From an uncultured delta proteobacterium (lineage in GTDB: Bacteria; Myxococcota_A; Polyangia; Polyangiales; Polyangiaceae), in NCBI GenBank assembly GCA_963841435.1, contig CAWJCS010000005.1, forward strand, positions 512,001 to 576,000: DNA of 64,000 nt, read 5' to 3'. The number at the start of each line of letters is the position of its first letter. The first letter of the stretch is position 1. A program made the translations under genes and the position numbers. A model generated the notes under the pieces. It was given only the letters and a program-made list of their open reading frames with translations, was not told the DNA's origin and made no database searches. Positions 27,501 through 37,547 of the stretch are shown here, one piece after another.

Positions 27501-28289
27501 TCAAGCGCTCGCGCGGCGGGCCACCGCGAGAGCCCGCGCGCGCCGGCCGAGCTGTCGCGCGCTCAGGTACCAATCGGCGCGCCCCGCGAGGTACGCGCGG
27601 AACAGCGCGGGAATGCGGAAGTAGTGCATCTCGATGCGCGGCGCGTCGGTGAGGTCGGCGTCACGGCGGGCGCGGTCGAGACCCGTGCCGACCGAAACGC
27701 GGCTGTGGCGCGCGAGCTCGGCGCGCACGCGGGCGTCGGAGCGGCCGTACGGCGGCGCGAACGTCTCGGTGGGGCGACCGAGTCGCTCGCCGATCTCGGC
27801 CTGCGAACGCTTTATCTCGTCCTGCAGCCGGTCGAGCGGCAGCGCGGTGAGATCGGCGTGCGTCACCGAGTGACCCCCGAAATCGACGCCAGCCGCCGCG
27901 AGGTCCACGACCGTGCTCCAGCTCATGAGCTTTCGCGGCGGCGAGTTCTTGCCGACCCAGCTTTCGCTCCCGCCGAGGCAGCCCGTGGGCAAGAACACCG
28001 TCGCGGCGAGGCGGTGTTGCTGGAGGAAGGGGAACGCCGCGTCCGCGAAGTCCTGAAAGCCGTCGTCGAAGGTGATGACGACGGTACGTTCGGGGAGACT
28101 CAGCTCGCCACGCTGCCAGGCCGCGAGCGCCACGAGCGGGACCACGTTGGCGCCCGATTCGACGAGCGCCTCCATGTGCTGGCGAAACAGGTCGACGGGA
28201 ATGCTGGTCGGCCCTGGATCGCTCGCGATGGAGTGGTACATGAGAATGTCCACCCGCGCATCCCAGCCGCCATCAGTCCTCGACGACAT
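27501..28289 (-). CDS. Polysaccharide deacetylase (CE4)
   Basis: ILMYH, ITFDDG, HSVTH and FAPPYG motifs. Confidence 0.92.
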   Translation of the reverse strand: MSSRTDGGWDARVDILMYHSIASDPGPTSIPVDLFRQHMEALVESGANVVPLVALAAWQRGELSLPERTVVITFDDGFQDFADAAFPFLQQHRLAATVFLPTGCLGGSESWVGKNSPPRKLMSWSTVVDLAAAGVDFGGHSVTHADLTALPLDRLQDEIKRSQAEIGERLGRPTETFAPPYGRSDARVRAELARHSRVSVGTGLDRARRDADLTDAPRIEMHYFRIPALFRAYLAGRADWYLSARQLGRRARALAVARRASA

Positions 28290-29739
28290 GCGACTCGAAT
28301 TCCTTTCGGTACTCCCCCCAGCGCGCGTGGTCGAAGCTGCCGTCGGACTTGAAGCAATCGCTCGCGGCGTACGCCATGGTCATGGCGTGGTGGGTGTTGT
28401 CGTGGGCGAACAGGCCCTGCCGGCCGAACGTCAGTAGGTTTTCGAGCTCCGAGAACCAGCGGTCGACGATGCGGAAGCGCCCCTCGTAGTCGCGATCGTA
28501 GACGGGGTAAGCGAAGCGTAGCTTGCGCGTGACGGTCTTCAGCACGGGCGCCTTCACCGGCAATCCGACGCCTTCGAGCCACTCGCAGAAACGCCGCCCG
28601 AGCTCGTCGTCGCTGAGATCCCACTCCGGCTGGCCCGGATCCGACGGCAGCTCGGCGCAAAGCACCGTCTTGCCCTCGGGCTCGGTCGTGCCGCTGTAAT
28701 TCTTGGGCTCCGACATGCGTGAGATGGGGATCGACTGTTCGGGGAAATAGTGCGCGTCGTACTCGGTGAACTGCGAGGTGCCGAGCACGAGGTAGATGAG
28801 GATCATGCCGCGGAATTTGATGCCCTTCGCGGCCTCGACGATCTCCACGGGCGGCGCCGGGTCGAGCATGCGAACGAGCGCCGTGACGGGCAGCGTCAAC
28901 CAAACGGCGTCGGCGGGCGCGACCTCCACGTTGCCGTCCTTCTCGAAACGGACCGATTTCACGCGCATGCCGTCGCGCTCGATGCCGACGACGCCGGACC
29001 CGAGGCGGATCTCGGCGCCGAGCTCCTTGGCCGACTCGGCGAAGCGCTCGGAGATCGAGCCGAAACCGTGGCGGGGGTACAGAAAGCCGACGCCCTGCTT
29101 GCTGCCGAAACCGGGCACCTGCCTCAGCACCTTCCTCAGGATCTTGGGAATGGAGCTGCCCGAGACCCGGCGCTTGGCGAGCGTCACGGCAAGCTCGGTC
29201 GGCTCGAGGCCCCAGAGCTTGCGCACGTACGGATAGTAGAAGGCTTGGCTCATCGCGGGCCCGAGGCCGCGCTCGAGCACCGTCGCGAAGTTCTCGTCGT
29301 CGGCGGGGGCGCGCGGCACGAGCTTTCTCAGGCTGTCGAAGGCAAGCGACGCGATGAAGCTCTTCGGCAAGCGCACGGCGAGATCCACGGGCTTGAGCGG
29401 GAAGTGGATCCAGCGCCCCTTGAGCAGGATGCGGCCGTGGCGAGGGCGCCAGAGCAGGTCGTCGCCGAGCAGGGCGCGGATGTCGTCCATCACGCGCGGC
29501 TCGACGACGGGGTGAAGGCGGTGGCTGCCGTGATCGCAATGCACACCCTCGAGCATGAAGCTGCCGGCGTTGCCGCCCACCTGCCCACGCTGCTCGAGCA
29601 AGAGCACGCTGGCCTGCTCATTTTTCACGAGGCAGCGCGCGGCGGCCACACCCGCCGGTCCACCGCCGAGCACCACGACGCGCGGGCGCGCGCCCTCGGC
29701 GGAACCATTCGACACGGGGCCTTGAGCGTTGCTGGTCAT
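28273..29739 (-). CDS. FAD-dependent oxidoreductase, UDP-galactopyranose mutase/protoporphyrinogen oxidase-like
   Basis: GGGPAG, GGNAGS, DHGSHRL, AYPVY and GRQG motifs. Own ATG at 29739; the long ORF from 30765 results from the upstream frameshift. Confidence 0.85.
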   Translation of the reverse strand: MTSNAQGPVSNGSAEGARPRVVVLGGGPAGVAAARCLVKNEQASVLLLEQRGQVGGNAGSFMLEGVHCDHGSHRLHPVVEPRVMDDIRALLGDDLLWRPRHGRILLKGRWIHFPLKPVDLAVRLPKSFIASLAFDSLRKLVPRAPADDENFATVLERGLGPAMSQAFYYPYVRKLWGLEPTELAVTLAKRRVSGSSIPKILRKVLRQVPGFGSKQGVGFLYPRHGFGSISERFAESAKELGAEIRLGSGVVGIERDGMRVKSVRFEKDGNVEVAPADAVWLTLPVTALVRMLDPAPPVEIVEAAKGIKFRGMILIYLVLGTSQFTEYDAHYFPEQSIPISRMSEPKNYSGTTEPEGKTVLCAELPSDPGQPEWDLSDDELGRRFCEWLEGVGLPVKAPVLKTVTRKLRFAYPVYDRDYEGRFRIVDRWFSELENLLTFGRQGLFAHDNTHHAMTMAYAASDCFKSDGSFDHARWGEYRKEFESHVVED

Positions 29740-30765
29740 CCGTTGGTCTCGTCCGTTCCCAAAACCCCCGCCACGGTGCCGGCGCTCGCGCCGGGCACTC
29801 CTTTGTGCGCTTCTACCTCTCGGCGCCGCGACCTGGAAAGCACCATCATGAAGAGGCCGCCCAGAAGGCCGCTCGTAAACAGGATGGATTGCCAGAGCAA
29901 ACCGACCGCCACGACACGGGCCGGCGCCGCGCCGAAGGGCGCGAGCAGCGCCGCGAGGCTCGCCTCGCGCACGCCGAGGCCCCCGACGCTGATGGGCAGC
30001 ACGGCGAGCAGCTTGGAGGTCGACCAGGCGAAAAACCAGGCCGCGGTAGGCGCGATCACCCCGCTCTCGCGAGCGAGCATCACGTTCACCCCCACGAAGG
30101 TCAACTGGATCGAGAGCGACAGCAGGAAACACAGGGCGAGCGCGCCGCGGCGCCGGCTCAGACCCCCGAGCGCGGCACGCAGCTTGTTGAACGAGGGTGC
30201 GAAGACGTCCTTTGAAGGGCAAGCGGTCGACGATCACGAGAAAGCCGGCCCCGCAGAGCAGAATCAGCAAGAGCACGCCGCCGGCCCGACCGAGCACGGC
30301 GCCCGTGTCAGCGCCGCCCGTCGCGAGCGCGCCACCGACGCAGGCCAGCGTGAACACGCTGAGCGTGTCCACGAGGCGGTCCGCGAGCGAGCCGACGGCG
30401 ACGCGCGTCTTGTCGGTGGCGTTGCGGATCACGAGCCCGGCGCGCACGACGTCACCCCCGGCGGCGCCCGGCAGGCAAAGGTTCGCCACGAGGCCCGCGA
30501 AATGGGCCCGGAGCGCCCGGCCGATACCGACCTCGCCGTCCTCGCTGATCAGCAAGCGCCACTTGAGCGCCGACACGACGTGACCCGAAAGGAAGATCAC
30601 GAGCGAGACGAGCCACACCGTGAGCGATAACCGCCGTACCGCGCCGACCACCTCCTGCGTGGGCAAGAGATAGAGCGTCACGGAAAGCACGACCGCCGAC
30701 ACCGCGATCCGCACGGCCCAGCCCGTTGGAATGCGCCGGGCCGGCTTCGATTCGGGTGCCGTCAC
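29736..30765 (-). pseudogene. Lysylphosphatidylglycerol-synthase TM/flippase-like protein, +1 frameshift at ~30190 as sequenced
   Basis: KWRLL, LPGAAGGDVVRA and DRLVD lie in one frame; LPISVGGLGVRE lies in the next. Deleting one base in minus-strand CGTTC gives LVNKLRAAL. Confidence 0.85.
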
Positions 30766-30778
30766 GCAGAGGCTCCGC

Positions 30779-31756
30779 TCACGGACGCAAGTGGAGTCTC
30801 GAGATCATGTCGGCGATCAGCCCGAGCGACCAGGCCATCACGCCGAACAGGAACGCGAGCACCGCGCTCTCGGACAGGTTCCAAAGGTAGATGTCGTACG
30901 CGAGCTTCACCGACCCGAGCAGCATCCAGGCCGCCCCCATGGGCAAAAACACGCGGAGCGGCCGGAACAGCGTCACGACCCGCAAAACGAGCAGCACGAA
31001 GGCGAAGAAATCCGTGGCCCGAATCTTCGAGGTACCGATGCGACGCCCGTAGGTGATGGGGAAATAGGTGACGTCCAGATCCGAGCACAGCATCGCGAGC
31101 GTGATCGTGGTCGTGAAGGAAAAGCCCTCCGGCAGGAGCGGCAAGAAGGGCGTGAGCGAGCTGCGCTTGAAAACGCGGAGCCCAGAATTCAAATCCGGGA
31201 TCTTTCGCTTCGCGAGGTAACGCGCGAGCGAATTCAACATGAACTTCGCAGGCCGCCGGATGAGCGGGACGTTCTTCATGGCGGCGCCTCGATCGGCAAC
31301 CACCATGTCGACCGAGCCCGCCAGATCGAGCATGCCGGGGATGGCGGCCGCGGGGTAGGTGCCGTCGGCGTCGGTGATCACGACGAACGCGGAGTTCCCG
31401 GCGAGGATGCCCTTCTTGAGCGATGAGCCGTAGCCGCGGTTCCTGAACTGGTGGAGCACGCGCGCGCCGGTCTTCTCGGCGGCTTGCCCCGTCCCGTCCG
31501 TCGAGCCGTCGTTGACGACGATGACCTCGTAGCTCAGCCCGAGCCGCGACATCACGTTCTCGACCTCGGCGACTCCGTTCGCGATACCGTTCTCTTCGTT
31601 GTAGGCCGGGATCACCACGGAAACGTTAACGTAGGGCGCTGGCTCCGGCTGGATCGGATGCGCCCGACGGCTGGGCGGCACCGCCAGCGTGGTCTGCATC
31701 AACGCCGCCGCGCCCGTTTCGTGCGCTGCCACGGCGCTTTCCTTGGGCGCGGTCAT
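30779..31756 (-). CDS. GT2 glycosyltransferase, polyprenol-phosphate sugar synthase-like with C-terminal TMs
   Basis: VVIPAYNEE, NDGSTD, NRGYG, TDADGTY and DLNSGLR motifs. Confidence 0.92.
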   Translation of the reverse strand: MTAPKESAVAAHETGAAALMQTTLAVPPSRRAHPIQPEPAPYVNVSVVIPAYNEENGIANGVAEVENVMSRLGLSYEVIVVNDGSTDGTGQAAEKTGARVLHQFRNRGYGSSLKKGILAGNSAFVVITDADGTYPAAAIPGMLDLAGSVDMVVADRGAAMKNVPLIRRPAKFMLNSLARYLAKRKIPDLNSGLRVFKRSSLTPFLPLLPEGFSFTTTITLAMLCSDLDVTYFPITYGRRIGTSKIRATDFFAFVLLVLRVVTLFRPLRVFLPMGAAWMLLGSVKLAYDIYLWNLSESAVLAFLFGVMAWSLGLIADMISRLHLRP

Positions 31757-31990
31757 CCCGACAGATCCTCCAGCATATTCGTTCGCAAGCCCTGCCTATT
31801 ACCTTACCTATAGCCTAGTCGCGCGGGTCAACGTGAGCCGCATCCGTGACAATGCCCCTAGCAATGCCGGGAGCGCGTGTCACCGTGGTTTCGCGAAGGC
31901 CTCGCACGCGCCAAGGCGAGGAGGGCCTTCGCGGGGCGCACGGGGGGCTTCGGCCGTTGCTGGACCGGCCCTCCAGGTTAGAGTGACCCC

Positions 31991-33344
31991 ATGCAGGTCG
32001 ATCCGTCGGCGGCGGGGCCTTCGGGCGCGAGCAACGCGCCGGACGCTGCAGTGCGGGCGCCGGGCTCGGGCGGTCTGCGCTTCGCGATGGTGACCACGTT
32101 CTACCCGCCCTACAATTTCGGAGGGGACGGGCTTTACGTGCGAAGGCTCTGCCACGCCCTCGCGCGGCGCGGCCACAGCGTGCACGTGATCCACGACGTG
32201 GACGCGTATCGCGTCGGCGGCGGCAAGGCGGAGGAGCCGTTGCCCGAGCCGCCGGGCGTCGTCACGCACCCGCTCCGGAGCCGTTCGGCAATGCTCGCAA
32301 CGCTCGCCACCCACCAAACGGGCCGACCGCTCGTGCACGGTGAGCGCATCCGGCAGATCCTCGCCCAGGGTTTCGACGTCATTCACTTCCACAACGTCTC
32401 GCTCGTGGGCGGCCCGGGAGTGCTCGCCTACGGAGACGGCATCAAGCTCTACACGGCGCACGAGCACTGGCTCGTGTGCGAGAGCCACATTCTCTGGAGA
32501 CACAATCGCGAGCCCTGCACGGGCCGGGAGTGCCTGCGCTGCGTGCTGCGCGCGAAGCGGCCCCCGCAGGCCTGGCGAGCGACGTCGCTCATCGCCGAGA
32601 AGGGCCGGCACGTTCGACGAGTTTCTCGCGCTCAGCGAGTTCAGCGCGCAGAAGCACCGCGAGTTCGGCTTCCCCTTCCCGATGCGCGTGCTCCCGTCGT
32701 TCTTACCCGACGACGAGGCCGCTGAGCCCGACGCCGAGACGGCGCTGCCGAGCAGCCGTCGCCCGTACTTCCTGTTCGTCGGGCGGCTCGAGGTCATCAA
32801 GGGCCTCGAGGACGTGATTCCCCAATTCGACGACTCGCTCGGGGCAGAGCTCTGGATTGCGGGGACCGGCGCGCACGAGGCCGCGCTCAGAAAGCTCGCC
32901 GAGGGGCGCCCCGGGGTGCGCTTCCTGGGCCGCCAGACGCCCACCGCGCTTCGCTTCCTTTACCGCGGGGCCGTGGCCCTCATCGCATCCTCGCGCTGCT
33001 TCGAAGTGTTTCCTCTCGTCGTCCTCGAGGCGTTTCGCGAAGGCACCCCCGTCGTGGGCCGGCGCCTCGGCCCCTACCCCGAGATCCTCGAGCAGGCCGG
33101 CGCCGGCCTCTTGTTCGAATCACGGGAGGAGCTGCGCGGGACGCTCGAGCGTCTCTTGCGCGAGCCCGGTCTGCGTGCGGAGCTGGGCGCGTCCGGTGCC
33201 CGCGCGTTCGCGAGCACGTGGTCGGAGCGGGTGGCGCTCGACGCCTATTTCGGGATCATCCGCGACGTGGCGTCGCGGCGCAGTTTGACGGGCGTGCTCG
33301 CGGCTCTCGACGCGGGTGATTGTGTTCCCCGGCCCGCCGTGTAG
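31991..33344 (+). pseudogene. GT4 glycosyltransferase, +1 frameshift at ~32613 as sequenced
   Basis: TTFYPP and TAHEHWLVC lie in one frame; FVGRL..IKG and EVFPLVVLEA lie in the next. Deleting one T in CGTTC gives HVDEFLALS. Confidence 0.88.
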
Positions 33345-33383
33345 CATGAACGTGGGGCGAGCAAGATTCACGAGGAGTCAAAG

Positions 33384-34094
33384 ATGAAGGTCGGCCAGGG
33401 TATCGAGGCTGAGAACGCGGGCTGGAGCTTCGGAGGCAAGGTGCCGGACACGTTCGTGGAGCACATCGTGCATTCGGTGCCGCTCTACAACGAAGGGCAC
33501 GACTTGATCTGCCAGATTAGCGATTTCTTCTGTGGGAAGGAGAGCGTCTGCTACGAGCTCGGCGTTTCCACGGGGGAGCTGATTCGAAAGCTCGCCCTCC
33601 ACCACAAGGCGAAGCAGGGCATGCGCTGGGTCGGTCTCGACGTCGAGACGGCCATGGTCGAAAAGGCCCGCACCCATTGTGCCGATCTCGCGAACGTCGA
33701 GCTCCACCTCGAGGACATTCGCCTGTTCCCGTACGAGAAGGCGGACATGTTCGTGTCCTATTACTGCATGCAGTTCGTGCCGCCGCGAGACCGCCAGGAG
33801 ATCATCCAGCGCGTCTACGAGTCCTTGCACTGGGGCGGAGCGTTCATCATGTTCGAGAAGGTGCGCGGCCCCGACGCACGTTTTCAGGACATCCTCACGT
33901 CGCTCTACAACGACTTCAAGGCGAAGAATGGGCTTTCCGCGGACGAGATCCTCGCGAAGACGCGTAGCCTCAAGGGCATCCTCGAGCCGTTCTCGACGGC
34001 GGGCAACATCGGGCTTTTGCAGCGCGCGGGGTTCGCCGACATCCTGACGGTGCAGAAGTACCTCTGCTTCGAGGGCTTCCTCGCCATCAAGTAG
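33384..34094 (+). CDS. CmoA-like (carboxy-SAM synthase family) methyltransferase
   Basis: WSF..KV...F..HI..SVPLY, YELGVSTG, MQFV and MFEKV motifs. Confidence 0.75.
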   Translation: MKVGQGIEAENAGWSFGGKVPDTFVEHIVHSVPLYNEGHDLICQISDFFCGKESVCYELGVSTGELIRKLALHHKAKQGMRWVGLDVETAMVEKARTHCADLANVELHLEDIRLFPYEKADMFVSYYCMQFVPPRDRQEIIQRVYESLHWGGAFIMFEKVRGPDARFQDILTSLYNDFKAKNGLSADEILAKTRSLKGILEPFSTAGNIGLLQRAGFADILTVQKYLCFEGFLAIK

Positions 34095-35091
34095 CGGATG
34101 CCGGGCGGATCGCCCGCTCGATCACCAGCACCGCCATCGTTGCTGCGCTGTAGGTGAGGTGCACCTGATGAAACGCCCAGCCGGACAACCCGAACAGCGG
34201 CCCCTCGGCACGAGTAAAGAAACGGATCATCGGCAGGTGGAAAAGCAGGCTTGCCGTCACGGGCACGAGGAAGACCGCGGTGACGATCGGCGCGCCGAGC
34301 ACCGCCGCGATGGGCGCGCCCACGAGCCCCACGAGGCAGAACGGCGCGAGCGCCGCCGCGAGACGTTGAGGCCAGGCGAGGTTCAGATCGTTCGGCAGCT
34401 CGCCCGTCGCGAGGATCAAACGCCCCCAGGGGATCGCACGGTTGAAGATGTCGGCGCGAATCACGCCCGCGATCGTCCAATGCTTCAGGTGCGTCACGTG
34501 GAGGGTGGGGTCGAGCACCGTGCGACCCCGCGGCTTGAGGCGCAACGCGAGCTCCACGTCTTCCACCATGGGCGCCGGGAACTGGACGGCGTCGAAGCCG
34601 CCCACCTCGCGGAAGACGCGCGTTCGTACCGCGCCGAGCCCCGCCCAGAAGCTCGCCCCCTCGCGTCGCGCGCGCTGATGCACGAAGTGGTGGCGCAGGT
34701 TCATGTAGAGCGACGCGAAATTCCGTTCGGGCGGCGTGTCGTCGTAAGAGCCGGTAATGCTCACGAGGTTCGGATCCTCCGCGAACGCCTGCTCGACCCG
34801 GTCAACGATGTCGGCGTGCGGCACGCAATCGGAGTCGACGAAGAGCGTCACGTCGGTCGTGACGGTCTCGACGCCGCGATTGCGCGCGAGCGCCGGGCCC
34901 GCGCGGTGGCCGAGGCTCAACACTTCGACGCCGAGCCGACGGGCCACCTCTGCGGTGTCGTCCGACGAGCCGGGATCGACGACCAGCACGCGGCGCCCCT
35001 TGGCCGCGGCCAACGCGGCGGGGAGCACTCGCGGCAAGTGATGGGCCGCGTTGTACGCCGGCATGACGAGGGTGACCGAGCCCGGCTCCAT
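34087..35091 (-). CDS. GT2 glycosyltransferase with C-terminal TMs
   Basis: VMPAYN, GPALARNRG, FVDSD, GGFD and VEDVEL motifs. Confidence 0.9.
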   Translation of the reverse strand: MEPGSVTLVMPAYNAAHHLPRVLPAALAAAKGRRVLVVDPGSSDDTAEVARRLGVEVLSLGHRAGPALARNRGVETVTTDVTLFVDSDCVPHADIVDRVEQAFAEDPNLVSITGSYDDTPPERNFASLYMNLRHHFVHQRARREGASFWAGLGAVRTRVFREVGGFDAVQFPAPMVEDVELALRLKPRGRTVLDPTLHVTHLKHWTIAGVIRADIFNRAIPWGRLILATGELPNDLNLAWPQRLAAALAPFCLVGLVGAPIAAVLGAPIVTAVFLVPVTASLLFHLPMIRFFTRAEGPLFGLSGWAFHQVHLTYSAATMAVLVIERAIRPASAT

Positions 35092-35231
35092 GCGGCCCTC
35101 CTTCTACCACCATGTCAGCGCGGCCTGGCAGCCGGCGCGGCTCGGCCCGCGATTGCGGGCGCTGCGGGCCAGAAACACACCGGGGGGATTGACTTTTCCC
35201 GATCGCTCTTGCAAGGGCATTGCGAAACGTC

Positions 35232-37085
35232 ATGACTAGCGGAGCGCCGACTCAGTCGCCGGGGGAACGCGCCGTCATCATCGGGGCCGGGCCGGCGGGG
35301 CTCACTGCGGCCTGGGAGCTCTGCAAGGCGGGCCACCCCGTGCTCGTGCTCGAGAAGGACGGCATCGTCGGCGGTATCTCACGAACCGAGACGTACAAGG
35401 GCTACCGCTACGACATCGGTGGTCACCGCTTCTTCACGAAGGTGAAGATGGTGGACGACTGGTGGCACGACATTCTGAAGGACGACTTCTTGGCGCGGCC
35501 CCGGCTTTCGCGCATCTACTACAACGATCGCTTCTTCGACTACCCGCTGAAGCCCCTCAACGCGCTCACGAACCTCGGCCTGATCGAGGCGATCCACTGC
35601 TGCTTCAGCTACGTTCAGGCGCAGCTCTTCCCGAGCCCCGAGGAGAAGAACCTCGAGCAGTGGGTGAGCAACCGCTTCGGCAAACGGCTCTTCCAGATCT
35701 TCTTCAAGACCTACACCGAGAAGGTGTGGGGTATGCCCTGCAGCGAGATAAGCGCCGATTGGGCGGCCCAGCGCATCAAGAACCTGAACTTGATGAAGGC
35801 GATCACCAACGCCTTCATCGGCAAGGCGAAGTCCGGCGGCGAGGTGCTGACGACGCTGATCGACAGTTTCCAGTACCCGAAGCTCGGGCCCGGTCAGCTC
35901 TGGGAAAAGGTCGCCGAGCAGCTGGAAGAAAAGGGCTTTGCTCCACTGCTGAAGACCGGCGTGAAAACGCTGCACCACGACGGCACGCGGGTGCTCGCGG
36001 CCACGGTCGTCGGCCCCGACGGCGCCGAGCGGCGCGAGGAGGGCGCTCACTTCATCTCCAGCATGCCGGTCCGCGAGCTCTTGCAGTGCCTCGATCCGAA
36101 GCCACCCTCGGAGGTACTCGAGGCCGCGAAGAAGCTCCGCTACCGCGATTTTTTGACCGTCGGTCTGATCATCGATCAGCCCGATACCTTCCCGGACAAC
36201 TGGATCTACATCCACGCGCCCAACGTGAAGGTCGGCCGCATCCAGAACTTCAAGTCGTGGAGCCCCTACATGCTGCCCGACGAGACGAAGAGCTCGGTGG
36301 GCCTCGAATACTTCGTGCAAGAGAACGACGAGATCTGGAGCGCGAGCGACGCCGACCTCGTCGAGCTCGGCAAGCGCGAGATGCAGACACTCGGCCTCCT
36401 TCGCGCCGAAAAGGTGCTCGACGGATGCGTCATCCGCATGCCGAAGGCGTATCCCGTCTACGACGACATCTACAAGGATTGCCTCGCGACCATTCGTGCC
36501 TGGCTCGAACGGCTGCCCAACTTGCAGCTCGTGGGTCGCAACGGCCAGCATCGCTACAACAATCAAGACCACTCGATGGTCACCGCCATCTACGCCGCGA
36601 AGAACATCCTCGGCGAGCGCTACGATGTCTGGGACGTCAACGTCGAAGCCGACTACCACGAGGAAGTCACGAAGGAGGGCGCGCAGGCCCGCGGTGGGGA
36701 CCGACTGGTGCCGGCGCGGGTCGAGAACGACCCGCTGCTCGACATCGTCGAGCGCTCCTTTGCGCGCTACGACGCCCTGGCACTCGGTACGTCCTTCGGC
36801 ACCGTGCTCGGCAGCGGCCTGTTCGCGGCCACCGCGATTCTCTGCCTGAAGGGCGGGAAGGAAGTGGGCCCCAACCTTGCGCTGCTCGCCAACTACCTGG
36901 TTGGCTATCGCGTGACCTGGAGCGGTGCGTTCATCGGGCTCGTCGAGGGCCTGGTGACGGGTTTCCTGGTGGGGTACGTGCTCGCGTGGCTCATCAATGG
37001 GGTCGTCGCGTGGCACGAGCGTGGCCTCGTGCGGCGCCTCGAGATGAAGGCGGCGCTCGATAGCGCTGCCGGTGACGCCGGTTGA
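35232..37085 (+). CDS. FAD-dependent oxidoreductase (UGM-like) with C-terminal membrane domain
   Basis: [25 protein letters not shown] and [15 protein letters not shown] motifs. Confidence 0.9.
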   Translation: MTSGAPTQSPGERAVIIGAGPAGLTAAWELCKAGHPVLVLEKDGIVGGISRTETYKGYRYDIGGHRFFTKVKMVDDWWHDILKDDFLARPRLSRIYYNDRFFDYPLKPLNALTNLGLIEAIHCCFSYVQAQLFPSPEEKNLEQWVSNRFGKRLFQIFFKTYTEKVWGMPCSEISADWAAQRIKNLNLMKAITNAFIGKAKSGGEVLTTLIDSFQYPKLGPGQLWEKVAEQLEEKGFAPLLKTGVKTLHHDGTRVLAATVVGPDGAERREEGAHFISSMPVRELLQCLDPKPPSEVLEAAKKLRYRDFLTVGLIIDQPDTFPDNWIYIHAPNVKVGRIQNFKSWSPYMLPDETKSSVGLEYFVQENDEIWSASDADLVELGKREMQTLGLLRAEKVLDGCVIRMPKAYPVYDDIYKDCLATIRAWLERLPNLQLVGRNGQHRYNNQDHSMVTAIYAAKNILGERYDVWDVNVEADYHEEVTKEGAQARGGDRLVPARVENDPLLDIVERSFARYDALALGTSFGTVLGSGLFAATAILCLKGGKEVGPNLALLANYLVGYRVTWSGAFIGLVEGLVTGFLVGYVLAWLINGVVAWHERGLVRRLEMKAALDSAAGDAG

Positions 37086-37135
37086 GGCCGATGACCACGA
37101 TTTTCCGCACTGCGGGTAGGAATTAGGAGCAAGCC

Positions 37136-37477
37136 TTGGACGACAAGCAGTGGCAGATCATCAAACCGGTCATCGCGCGCCTCCGGGCTTCCGTGATGGC
37201 GGTGGCCTTCGGCGCCCTCGCGGGCCTCGGCCTGTTCTTGGCAACGGCCTGGCTCGTCGTGCGCGGCGGCCAGGTCGTCAAGGGAGAGATGGTCGTCGGG
37301 CCCCACCTGGGGCTCTTGTCGAACTTCTATCCGGGGTACGAGGTGACCTGGCTGGGGGCCTTCATCGGGTTCTTCTATGCCGCCGCCACGGGCGCCGTCG
37401 CGGGGTACACCATCGCCTGGGTGTACAATGTGGTGGCCCTGCGCGGTGTGAAGGGCGAAAACGCACGCGACAGCTGA
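37136..37477 (+). CDS. Small membrane protein homologous to the C-terminal domain of the upstream oxidoreductase
   Basis: GLFLATAWL..GG...VGPHL.LL.N...GY.VTW.GAFIG is shared with the upstream C-terminus. Confidence 0.8.
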   Translation: MDDKQWQIIKPVIARLRASVMAVAFGALAGLGLFLATAWLVVRGGQVVKGEMVVGPHLGLLSNFYPGYEVTWLGAFIGFFYAAATGAVAGYTIAWVYNVVALRGVKGENARDS

Positions 37478-37547
37478 CGGACTCGTCGGTTGGGCTAGGC
37501 TCAGGCTGCTACCCGAGCGCCGGGGCTCGGGTTTCCGAAACGTTTCG

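Noticed and set aside
28273-30765. Apparent 830-aa flippase-oxidoreductase fusion in the ORF track
   Set aside because: Caused by the +1 frameshift at ~30190. The flippase C-terminus lies in another frame ending at 29736, and the oxidoreductase has its own ATG at 29739.
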